From assembly GCA_947626095.1 (NCBI GenBank), contig CANQQV010000001.1, positions 32,001 through 96,000 on the forward strand: a stretch of 64,000 nucleotides of DNA, written 5' to 3'. Positions 10,249 to 19,460 of the stretch are shown one piece after another (positions within the stretch are counted from its first letter, which is position 1; each line of letters opens with the position of its first letter). The DNA is from an uncultured Bacilli bacterium (GTDB taxonomy: Bacteria > Bacillota_I > Bacilli_A > RF39 > UBA660). The translations under genes were made by a program, and so were the position numbers. The notes below the pieces were generated by a model. That model made no database searches. It had not been told where the DNA came from and saw only the letters and a list, made by a program, of their open reading frames with translations.

Positions 10249-11859
10249 TACCTTTACTTCATAATATACTATATATCTTTTAGTTCCCTTAGTATCAAAT
10301 CCTCTTTTAAATTCATAATTATCATTCACTTGTTTATTAAAATAATTTAAATAAATATCTAATATTATTTTACTATCTACTTTATCTACTTCTATTCTCT
10401 TAAGTAATAAACTAATTACATTCTCTAAAATATTATCTATCTTAACTTTAGCTTCTATTACTTCTTTTAATTTAATAATACTTCTATCTTCTTTATTTAA
10501 CTCATCTATCTTTTGTTCTAATAACTTTACCTTTTCATTAAATTCATTATTTTTCTTTTTAAATTCTCTATCACTTATAAGCTCATTTATCTTTAAATCT
10601 AACAACTTATCTTTCTTTATATTTATTCTATTTATTTCCTTTAATATGTCTTTATCTTTCTTACTATCTCTATTTAACTCTTTATAATAATTAACTAAGA
10701 TACTAACAACTTCTTTTAAATTAATATCTAACTTTTTTATTATATCTTTAAATATATAATTAAGTTCTGACTCTCTTATATTAGCTGAATCACAATATTC
10801 TTTACCATATCTTAAATATTCCGAACAAACCCAAGTAACATCTTTATTACTACATCTAAATATTCGCCGATAATATAAAGTCTTATGCTTCTTACAATAT
10901 ATCTTCGAACTATATAAATATTTATTATGATAACTATTTATCTTTTTCTTTCTTGCTTCTAATCTTTGATTAGCTATCTCCCATAACTTATCATCAATAA
11001 TTGGTGGTATTTTTTCTTTGTCTTCATACATTATCCATTCATCTTTTTTAAAGTATTTAATTCTTTTTGTCATATAATCTTCTACTTCTATTTTTTTTCC
11101 ACAATAAAAACCTTTATACTTAGGATTTTCTATCATTCTTGAAATAGTAGCTACTGACCACTTACTACCTTCTCTAGATAATATCTTATCTCTATTTAAT
11201 CTTTTACCTATTTCTGATAATGATAACTTATCTACCACATACCATTCAAATATCTTTCTTACTACTTTAGCTTCTTCATTTATAATAACTAACTTCTTTG
11301 TATTCTTATCTTTTCTATAACCATATAATAAATTATTACCTAGTATTTCTCCTCTTAAAATAGCTCTATTCATCCCAAACTTAACTCTTTCTGATAATCT
11401 TCTTATTTCATCCTGTGCCATTGAAGCCATTATTGTAAGTCTTAATTCTGCATCCGGTAAAGCCGTATTAATATTATCATTAAGAAATAAAACAGCTACC
11501 CCATAAGAAAGTAATTCTCTTGTATATTTAATACTATCTAAGGTATTTCTAGAAAACCTCGATATTTCTTTAGTAACTATTAAATCAAATTTATTCTTTT
11601 TAGCATCTTCTATCATTTTCATAAAGTTATCTCTTTTAATATCACTAGTTCCCGTAATACCTTCATCAATATATCCTGGTATATAAGTCCAATTAGGATT
11701 ATCTTTAATCATTTCTTCAAAATGTTCTTTTTGATTTATTAATGACTTCTTCTGTTCTATATGATTAGTTGAAACTCTCACATAATCAGTTACTCTTAAT
11801 TTAATATTAGTAAGTGAAACTCCCATACTTAATTCTTTACGTACTTGATATAAATCCAT
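10237..11859 (-). CDS. Large serine recombinase LSR1 (resolvase + recombinase + Zn-ribbon + coiled coil; SpoIVCA/CisA-like architecture)
   Basis: YVRVST catalytic Ser, DEGITGT, KEISRFSRN, AQDEIRRLSERVKFG, LYGY, IENPKYKG, PPIID, CxxH...C Zn ribbon. Confidence 0.95.
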   Translation of the reverse strand: MDLYQVRKELSMGVSLTNIKLRVTDYVRVSTNHIEQKKSLINQKEHFEEMIKDNPNWTYIPGYIDEGITGTSDIKRDNFMKMIEDAKKNKFDLIVTKEISRFSRNTLDSIKYTRELLSYGVAVLFLNDNINTALPDAELRLTIMASMAQDEIRRLSERVKFGMNRAILRGEILGNNLLYGYRKDKNTKKLVIINEEAKVVRKIFEWYVVDKLSLSEIGKRLNRDKILSREGSKWSVATISRMIENPKYKGFYCGKKIEVEDYMTKRIKYFKKDEWIMYEDKEKIPPIIDDKLWEIANQRLEARKKKINSYHNKYLYSSKIYCKKHKTLYYRRIFRCSNKDVTWVCSEYLRYGKEYCDSANIRESELNYIFKDIIKKLDINLKEVVSILVNYYKELNRDSKKDKDILKEINRINIKKDKLLDLKINELISDREFKKKNNEFNEKVKLLEQKIDELNKEDRSIIKLKEVIEAKVKIDNILENVISLLLKRIEVDKVDSKIILDIYLNYFNKQVNDNYEFKRGFDTKGTKRYIVYYEVKVLFR

Positions 11860-11987
11860 TATTCTTTTCCTAACTCCCCAAGTATTTTATTTTCAACTAT
11901 TTTATAATCTTGATAATTTATCATTCCATCTGTGTATAACTCTCTATTTATTAACAAAGCTATTTCTAAATATAATCTATTATTCAC
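11859..11987 (-). CDS. 42-aa small ORF coupled to LSR1 (SHOCT-like; candidate recombination directionality/accessory factor)
   Basis: GTG start at 11987 after an AAGTGA RBS-like motif: MNNRLYLEIALLINRELYTDGMINYQDYKIVENKILGELGKE*. Its TAA overlaps the LSR1 ATG (TAATG). Below the ORF-track size cutoff. Confidence 0.65.
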   Translation of the reverse strand: MNNRLYLEIALLINRELYTDGMINYQDYKIVENKILGELGKE

Positions 11988-12055
11988 AATTCATCACTTA
12001 CTTAAAGCTATGAATAATAACCATTATTTAGTACTTTCTTACTCTTACATTAAGT

Positions 12056-12463
12056 GAACCAAATGCAACAAAGTTAGAAAAAGAAGGTTTAGGTTATGTC
12101 GTTGGAAGTATTGGTGAATTATCTGGTGAAATGCCATATACTGCTTTCTATGCTCGTCAAAGTTATCTAGATAAAAATGAAGATCTAATAAAAAAATTTA
12201 ACAATGCTATTAATAAAGGTTTAGATTATGTTAAAACGCATAATGAAAAAGAAATTGCAAAAATCATACTACCACAATTTCCAGATACCTCACTTAATGA
12301 TATTGAAGCAATTGTTAAAAGATATAAAGATGCTGATTCATGGCTTAATAATACAACCATAAGTGAAGAATCATATCGAAATTTAGAGAATATAATGATA
12401 GATAATGATTTATTAGATGATTACGTTCCATTTAAAGATTTAGTAATTAATTTAAATGACTAA
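12056..12463 (+). CDS. 3' fragment (135 aa) of a NitT/TauT (NMT1/THI5-like, YtlA-like) ABC substrate-binding protein gene; 5' part separated
   Basis: Frame reads EPNATKLEKEGLGYVVGSIGELSGEMPYTAFYARQSY..., matching the conserved (F)EP..LEKEG.GY.V.S.G..SG..PYT region. Similarity stops just upstream, with an in-frame TAG at 12029-12031 and no signal peptide or start. Confidence 0.85.
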   Translation, partial: EPNATKLEKEGLGYVVGSIGELSGEMPYTAFYARQSYLDKNEDLIKKFNNAINKGLDYVKTHNEKEIAKIILPQFPDTSLNDIEAIVKRYKDADSWLNNTTISEESYRNLENIMIDNDLLDDYVPFKDLVINLND

Positions 12464-12876
12464 AATCTTAGAAGTTAAAAATATAAGTAAAAAGTTTAAT
12501 ACTACTAAAGGTGAAATAGAAGCTATTAAAGATATTAGTTTTACTGTTAATGAAGGAGAATTTATTGCCATAGTTGGCACCTCAGGTTGTGGTAAAAGTA
12601 CCTTACTTTCCATTTTAGCTAATCTAACCAATCAAACTAATGGTTCTATTAAATATTATAAAGATAATCCTATTATTGGTTACATGCTCCAAGAAGATGC
12701 TTTATTTGAACATTTAAAGATCATTGATAATGTTTATCTCGGTTTAAAAGTTCAACATAAATTAACCGAAGATAACAAACAATATGCTTTAGACTTATTA
12801 AAAAAATATAACTTAGATAAATTCATTAATCAAAAACCAAGCGAATTATCTGGTGGTATGAAACAAAGAGTTGCTT
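12456..12876 (+). CDS. 5' half of a split NitT/TauT ABC ATPase (YtlC-like)
   Basis: Walker A GTSGCGKST, Q-loop YMLQED and signature LSGGMKQRVA, then an abrupt TGA created at the element junction; no Walker B or H-loop. Confidence 0.92.
12864..12876 (+). repeat. Left attachment core (attL) CAAAGAGTTGCTT
   Basis: Identical to 20974-20986; in frame with the ATPase (codons Q-R-V-A-L). Confidence 0.9.
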
Positions 12877-12901
12877 GAATACTACAAACACACTTTCACA
12901 T

Positions 12902-12932
12902 AAAAAAACTGATAAAATTATTTATCAGTTTT
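12902..12932 (-). terminator. Intrinsic terminator closing the cargo operon just inside the left element end
   Basis: AAAACTGATAAA-ATTA-TTTATCAGTTTT hairpin with a T-tract on the minus strand. Confidence 0.6.
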
Positions 12933-13922
12933 AATATCTTTAACTTTTTTAGGTTTTATTGCTAAGAAACAAATTGTTCCCGCTATACCTACTAAAGCAA
13001 CTCCAATAACAATCTCAACTATTTTAGAAATTAAACTATCATCATCTTCTGAATCAGTAGATTCTTCATCACTACCATCTTTATCTTCAGTATCATCATC
13101 TGTATCATAGTCATAATCATAATCACCATTATCATTGTTATCATCGTCATCTTGTTTATCATCATCTGTAGACGTTTTATCATCAGAGCTGTTATCATTT
13201 TGATTACTACCATTATTTCCTGAATTGTTTGCTGAACTATTATTGTTATTATTTGATCCATTATTAGAACTTCCCGAATTTGAATTATTACCAGAAGATC
13301 CATTATTATTTGAACCACTATTATTACCAGAAGATTGATTATTATTTTTATCATCATCTTTACTATCATCTGGTTTACTATCTTCACCAGGTTTCTTATC
13401 GTCTTTATCTTCTGTTGTACTACTTACTTTAAAAGTAAATGATTTATCTTTACTTTCTGGAGCAACAGTATTTAATTTCCAAGTATTATCTAGAATCATT
13501 AATTTAGTACACTCTAAACTATACTTCACTTCTTTTGTAGTACCATTTTCAAAAATAATGTTACCTATAACTAGTTCTTTATTGATATTTAATAAATTAT
13601 TTTTATTACTAACTCCACCAGTTGTTACTTTAATGTTTATTGTTTTATTTTTCTCATCATGTGTAACATTTTGTGTATATTCTTTTTTAGTTAGTCCACT
13701 ATCTAAGTTAATCTGTTTGTATTTAACGTTACCACTATATTTAAGTGTTATATCAATACCACCAACAAATCCATCTTCAAAATGAATAGAAGTTTTAATG
13801 TTTCCGTTACTAGTCTCATCAAACACCATTTTAGTAGCAGCTTTAACAGAAGTAAGTGAGATAAAGATGCTTATAAGAAGCAATCCAATAGTTGTAATTA
13901 TTCTCTTTTGCATCTTTATCAT
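12918..13922 (-). CDS. Membrane-anchored cohesin-like scaffold protein
   Basis: Signal peptide (..VKA), about 140-aa beta-sandwich with cohesin-like patterns (GIDITLKYS, KELVIGNIIF), long N/S/G/D-rich linker, C-terminal TM plus basic tail; 4-bp overlap with the upstream dockerin-bearing gene. Confidence 0.55.
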   Translation of the reverse strand: MIKMQKRIITTIGLLLISIFISLTSVKAATKMVFDETSNGNIKTSIHFEDGFVGGIDITLKYSGNVKYKQINLDSGLTKKEYTQNVTHDEKNKTINIKVTTGGVSNKNNLLNINKELVIGNIIFENGTTKEVKYSLECTKLMILDNTWKLNTVAPESKDKSFTFKVSSTTEDKDDKKPGEDSKPDDSKDDDKNNNQSSGNNSGSNNNGSSGNNSNSGSSNNGSNNNNNSSANNSGNNGSNQNDNSSDDKTSTDDDKQDDDDNNDNGDYDYDYDTDDDTEDKDGSDEESTDSEDDDSLISKIVEIVIGVALVGIAGTICFLAIKPKKVKDIKTDK

Positions 13923-16900
13923 CTCCTATCAGTTATTTGCATTCCTGGTAAATTATCATAAGGAACTAAATTATTAACAGTTTTCGATGTACTAGTTAAT
14001 CTTTGACCATCATTTGTCTCTGCATCATTGACACGATATAAATATGCGCGAATAGCTTCTGCATCAGTTAGCATTTTTTCATATTCTTCTTTACTCATAA
14101 TGTATAACCAAGTACCATCAGCAACTTCATATACCGAGCGATCACTATTTAATGTCGCAAATATTAGCTCTTCACCAGCATAAACAATTGTTTCGTTATT
14201 AGCTTTACCAATTAGTATTGCATTCAATGCAGGATTACCACGATATGATCCTTGAATTACAACTGAACCAGCTTTTATTACGCCCTTCTTACCTATTACC
14301 TTGCCATTTTTATCTACTTCGTCTTTTTCACATTCTTTTTCATCTGTTAAGTAACAATAATCACTTTCTAACTTACCTACAGTGGTAATATCAACATTAT
14401 CTCCAGGAGGAGCAATGACATCAATCTCTGCTCCAGATAAACTAGTCTTACTATCAGATTCTATCTTGATATAATTAATTTTATTATAAGTCCATAATTG
14501 ATTCTTGCTATCAGTACCTTCTTTCATAAAGTAAATAGTATCTTCAAGAGTTTCATCACTACCTACTGAAGTGTTAAATGTACCAACAGCTGCTTGTTTC
14601 CAACTATTATTTTCACCATCTTCACTTACATAAATCTTATATTTAGTAATTGTATTAGGATCTATTTGTCCATCAGTAACTAAAGCACGATACTTAATAC
14701 CACTTACAGACATTGGATTATTTAAATTAATAATTACATAAGCATTACCATTATCAGTAGTCATACTAGGTATTTGATTAGCATCATACTTTAATGTTGG
14801 AATCTTCTTAGTACCAATAAAACCAGTATTAATATTGCCATCAATTAAGTTATTAACGCTTAATTTAGAATAATCAAAGTCTTTATCTTCATAATCAACT
14901 TCTTCATTTTCTGCTTGTACATTTGATGAAATAGTAAATGCATCTTTCTTAACACTACCATCATGAGCTATCTTAACTTCTGGTAGAACTACTTCATTAG
15001 TTTTATTTAAATAATAATCATAAGCAACAACTGAATATGTATAAGCACGATTATTTTCTGCTCCTACATTATCAACAAAACTACTTACACCATCTTCATT
15101 TTCTACAAAACCAATAGAAACACCATTACGTAATATTTCAAATCCTAAAATTTTATCGCTATCTTTATTTAAATTAAAATTAATAGTTACACGTTTATCT
15201 TTACTACTAGCTTCAACAACACTAGCTTCTAGAATTTCAGCTCCTTCGCTAATACTTCCAACTTTAGCTAACTTTTGACGCCATGCATTATCATTTAAAT
15301 AATAAATAGCTCTAGTTTCTTTTGAAATACCTTCAATTGAATCAATTTCTTTTTTCAATTTATCATTTGTAACTTTTAATCCCCAAGCTTCAAAGAAATC
15401 TGTTAAATCCTTTTTCGTTGCCATTGAAGCAAACAAGATTGTTAATTCATCTCTTGAATAATTATTTTCATTTTTATAATTTCTTGCAATTCTATTTACC
15501 TTAGCATAGATAGAATTTTCATCTTTAAATGTTTTACCTTCATCATAAGCTAAATGTAATTGCCAATACATACCTAATTGAACAAATACATTTTGTGCTC
15601 GACCAGTCGTATGTGATGTAACTTTTTCATAAATCTTATCATAACCTTGATTTTCTAAACGAGATTCATCATGATCATTACTTGTTTGCGCAAGTAAAGC
15701 ATAAATATTATTTGTAACTTCAGCAAATACTGTATCTTTTAAATTGATTTGGTGTCCAACTTCATGGCTAATTCCCCAACCAAAGTATCCAGTTTTACTA
15801 TCAGTATTTCTACTAGCTTGAACAAGTCCAGCAATTGAACCATATTCAATACCAACATGGTAACCACCAGCATACATAAATGCTCCATAGAACATTTGCA
15901 TGTAGCGAATATTAATTCTAGCTTTAGGCATTCTATCAGTCGATTTTGTATCGTCTGTTTCAATAAATCCTTTTTGACGATAGAAGAAATCCATCATTTC
16001 GTCAAATGCTTCCATAGATTCATATAATCTATTAACTTTTTGTTCTAATGTAGTATTATCATTTTTTAATGCCTCTTCAACAGCAACACTAGATACAGAA
16101 AATAATCCATATTTTGTAACAATTTCTGTTGATCCTAAAACACTAGAAGATTTATCAAATTTACCATCTATTAATTTATTTTCATCAGCATAAACTTTAT
16201 ATTCTGTTCTTAATTTACTATTATATGCTTCTAATTCATTAATATATTCTCTAATTGCATTTTTCTTTTCATCTGTGCTAGTTAGATTAGTTGTATCAAC
16301 CATTGGTATTTTAGTACCACCACTAACACGTACTCTAATCGGCGTATTAGCATTTGGAGTTGATGTATAACGTATATAAACGCTACCACCACGTTCAGCA
16401 TCAGATGCAGAACCAATTTGTTGTATCTCAATTACATTTAATCCTCTTTTTAGTTTCCCAGCTGATTTTTGCCATGCAGCAGCTTCAGCATGATATTGTG
16501 TATATATTAATTCAGCTGTAACATAACCATTTCTATCAACTGGTGCATCACTAGCAACATAGACATTTAGTTTTTCACCAGGTCTAGCTACTATTCCTAA
16601 TGGTTGATAATCACTAATTGTCATTGCAAATCTAACATGATTATTATAATAATTTGATATATTTGGATTTAAAGTAATTATATCATCTATTTTTTCATCA
16701 TTTAAAATCTTTTGTGCATATTCTAAATCTGCTAAAATACTTTCTTTATAAGGATTATCTTCACCATGATCTTGTTCTTCTGCTCTTGCTTTCAACTCGT
16801 TTATCTTATTTTGATCTACATTTTCTTTTAATGTTAATCTAAAGTCATCAGCAAATAAAGCAGCCACCTCATCAACTAATGAATCATACTGATAAAATTT

Positions 16901-19180
16901 AACTTCATCTATTTTTATATCACGTTGATTATTAGCAACAGTTAAACCAAAAGCAACCGCTTTAGCTTCAATAGGATCTTCAAGTTTTAATAAATAATAA
17001 GTACGACCTTGTTTATCAGTTTTAGCTGTTAAAGTACCTGGTACTTCTTGACGATCTTTATTATCATAAATATCATGTGCATCAGCCCAATAATGTACTT
17101 TAATATCATTACTATTTGGTCCACCACTTTTTAATTTAGCACCATAATTATCTGGAATCGTTAAAACAAATTCATCCATTTTATACTTATTATCTAATAC
17201 AAATACTGGTGTTCCAGTATTATATCCATTACTAGCTGAAATCGTCCAATCACTATGATACCAATAAGTATTATAGTCATCATCAACCATTGAATACTTA
17301 TCACCATTAACCATTGTACCTGCTGTATAATGAACTTCTTCAACACGAACTGTCTTACCATCTTTAACTTCATCATTAATTAATTTATATCTAGGTACTA
17401 TAGCAGCACCTCCAACTAAAGTTCTAGCTTCTACCATTGTATAACTATCACTTTCACCGATTGGATTAACACCTATTACATAAGCTTCATAAACTGTATC
17501 AGCATTTAATCCAGTAACAACATAACTATTATTTGTAAGGTTATCCACTAAATTAAACACAGATGTACCTTTTTCACGCCAATATAATTTATAAGATGTT
17601 GTATCATCCATTTTTTTCCAAGAATAAGTAATTTTACCATAACCAGGAGTTGCACTAACATTATCTACTTTTGGTGCTTTACCAGAAGCTTTAGGTGTAC
17701 CTTCATGTTCATCACTCCAGCCACTACGCCATTCTTGATTAGTTGATCTAACTTTTATTTTATAAGTTACATAGTTCTTTAAATCTTCAATCGTAAATTC
17801 AGAGAATGTTGTTTGGAATACTACACCATTTTTAGTACCACCATTAATTTCAATTTCATAACCTGTTACATTAGGAACATCTTGAAATTTAATTGTTAAT
17901 TGTTCACTTTTTGAATCATCAATACGAATATTTTGTGGTGTATAGAATCCCTCTGGTTCTTTTGTTTCTACCTTAACATTATTTAAGAATTCTACTTTAG
18001 CTATATCAGCTAAAGTATTTGAAGAAGTCTCAGTAATAACTATTGTTACTTTTTTAACAGCTACTTGACTGCCTAAATCAACTTTAATAGTTCCTTCAGC
18101 TACTTCATCAGTAAACTTATGAACTCCTTCTTCAGCCTTAGGTGTTGTATTATCAACCACGTATTCATGAGTCTCACCTTCACTGTCTTCTACATATAAT
18201 TTCATTTTTTGTGGTACATTATCTTGTCCAACAGCTATTCTTATTTCACTCATTTCAATAGTTTCTGATTGTTTACTACCTAAATCTAAAGCTAACTTAA
18301 CTGGATTATCTTCTGAAATAGAACCTTCACTATCACTTTTTAGTTGTACTACCTCATTTGAATCAATAAATATATTACTTATGTCACTACCTTCTACAAT
18401 ACTAGTACCTTGTGGTAATTCTACAGCTACATTATCATTACTCATAATTGCACTAGTATCCTCAATTAGTAATTCACCTTTAGAAGAATTCATAACTGCT
18501 GTAATATAATTTAAATCAGCTATATCTACAACACCATCTAGATTTAAATCCTTACTAGTATCGTTATTTTCAATAGCTTCAATCATTATTTTTTCATCTG
18601 CTTCATTTACTTTATTATCGTGATTAACATCACCTATTTCAAATAAACCAGCCGTATTAGATAAACTAACTCTTTTTGAAAAATCTTTTAATGTTACTGG
18701 AACGCTATAAGTAACAAAGTTAGTTCCACTAAATTCTAATGTATATTTACCAGTCTTTAATGAATATAAATTAATACTATAATAAACAATATTATCTTCA
18801 TTTTCACCAGATATGACATTTCCATTAAAATCACGTTTAGTAATTAAAACACGAATATTTTGTTCTTCACCTATATTAACAGTTGTGTTATAAATACCAC
18901 TTTGATCTTTTTCAACGTCATCTAATTTTATTGACCCTTTATTATTATTTTCGTCAATAACACTTAAAGTAATATTTGATTTATTTTTATTTCTAATTGG
19001 TAAAGCTAATTGAAGTTCAACTTCAATATTTCCTTTAGCTTCAATGTTATCTAACTGTACACTATGGGCGACTTCATTATTTAACCCATCCATCGCCATT
19101 ACGATTAATGGCGAAAAACTATTAAATAGCATTGCAACTACCAATAAAATTGATAATATTTTGTTCCATATTTTAATCAT
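13919..19180 (-). CDS. Secreted M60-family (enhancin-like) metallopeptidase with dockerin, FN3 and discoidin/CBM32-like domains
   Basis: WGISHEVGHQ..FAEVTNN M60 motif (about 15752-15766); YQPLGIVARPGE and RGGSVYI M60-like N-domain; dockerin repeats GDVNHDNKVNEAD / DLNLDGVVDIADL (about 18490-18634); FN3 signatures LKNYVTYKIKV and LNADTVYEAYV. Confidence 0.88.
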   Translation of the reverse strand: MIKIWNKILSILLVVAMLFNSFSPLIVMAMDGLNNEVAHSVQLDNIEAKGNIEVELQLALPIRNKNKSNITLSVIDENNNKGSIKLDDVEKDQSGIYNTTVNIGEEQNIRVLITKRDFNGNVISGENEDNIVYYSINLYSLKTGKYTLEFSGTNFVTYSVPVTLKDFSKRVSLSNTAGLFEIGDVNHDNKVNEADEKIMIEAIENNDTSKDLNLDGVVDIADLNYITAVMNSSKGELLIEDTSAIMSNDNVAVELPQGTSIVEGSDISNIFIDSNEVVQLKSDSEGSISEDNPVKLALDLGSKQSETIEMSEIRIAVGQDNVPQKMKLYVEDSEGETHEYVVDNTTPKAEEGVHKFTDEVAEGTIKVDLGSQVAVKKVTIVITETSSNTLADIAKVEFLNNVKVETKEPEGFYTPQNIRIDDSKSEQLTIKFQDVPNVTGYEIEINGGTKNGVVFQTTFSEFTIEDLKNYVTYKIKVRSTNQEWRSGWSDEHEGTPKASGKAPKVDNVSATPGYGKITYSWKKMDDTTSYKLYWREKGTSVFNLVDNLTNNSYVVTGLNADTVYEAYVIGVNPIGESDSYTMVEARTLVGGAAIVPRYKLINDEVKDGKTVRVEEVHYTAGTMVNGDKYSMVDDDYNTYWYHSDWTISASNGYNTGTPVFVLDNKYKMDEFVLTIPDNYGAKLKSGGPNSNDIKVHYWADAHDIYDNKDRQEVPGTLTAKTDKQGRTYYLLKLEDPIEAKAVAFGLTVANNQRDIKIDEVKFYQYDSLVDEVAALFADDFRLTLKENVDQNKINELKARAEEQDHGEDNPYKESILADLEYAQKILNDEKIDDIITLNPNISNYYNNHVRFAMTISDYQPLGIVARPGEKLNVYVASDAPVDRNGYVTAELIYTQYHAEAAAWQKSAGKLKRGLNVIEIQQIGSASDAERGGSVYIRYTSTPNANTPIRVRVSGGTKIPMVDTTNLTSTDEKKNAIREYINELEAYNSKLRTEYKVYADENKLIDGKFDKSSSVLGSTEIVTKYGLFSVSSVAVEEALKNDNTTLEQKVNRLYESMEAFDEMMDFFYRQKGFIETDDTKSTDRMPKARINIRYMQMFYGAFMYAGGYHVGIEYGSIAGLVQASRNTDSKTGYFGWGISHEVGHQINLKDTVFAEVTNNIYALLAQTSNDHDESRLENQGYDKIYEKVTSHTTGRAQNVFVQLGMYWQLHLAYDEGKTFKDENSIYAKVNRIARNYKNENNYSRDELTILFASMATKKDLTDFFEAWGLKVTNDKLKKEIDSIEGISKETRAIYYLNDNAWRQKLAKVGSISEGAEILEASVVEASSKDKRVTINFNLNKDSDKILGFEILRNGVSIGFVENEDGVSSFVDNVGAENNRAYTYSVVAYDYYLNKTNEVVLPEVKIAHDGSVKKDAFTISSNVQAENEEVDYEDKDFDYSKLSVNNLIDGNINTGFIGTKKIPTLKYDANQIPSMTTDNGNAYVIINLNNPMSVSGIKYRALVTDGQIDPNTITKYKIYVSEDGENNSWKQAAVGTFNTSVGSDETLEDTIYFMKEGTDSKNQLWTYNKINYIKIESDSKTSLSGAEIDVIAPPGDNVDITTVGKLESDYCYLTDEKECEKDEVDKNGKVIGKKGVIKAGSVVIQGSYRGNPALNAILIGKANNETIVYAGEELIFATLNSDRSVYEVADGTWLYIMSKEEYEKMLTDAEAIRAYLYRVNDAETNDGQRLTSTSKTVNNLVPYDNLPGMQITDRR

Positions 19181-19358
19181 AATTTCACCTCGCTAATATT
19201 ATATATTATGACTAAATTTCTGACAATAGAATTTTGCAATTTTTTCCCTAAAATACCCTAAAAAGTTCTATATATTAAATTCTTTAATACAATAATATTA
19301 AGTTTTAAAATTTTTATAACTGTTTATAACGATTATATAAATAAAAGGTGAATAAAAA

Positions 19359-19460
19359 ATGTCATATAAAATTATTAATTTATATCAAAATATAAACTCT
19401 GAAATTATTAATTATAAACTATCACTTATTCTTAAATTAATGGAGTCAAATAATGATTAA
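19359..19460 (+). CDS. 33-aa small ORF overlapping the LSR2 start (candidate directionality/accessory factor)
   Basis: AAAAGGTGA RBS then ATG: MSYKIINLYQNINSEIINYKLSLILKLMESNND*; overlaps the LSR2 ATG by 8 bp. Confidence 0.5.
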   Translation: MSYKIINLYQNINSEIINYKLSLILKLMESNND

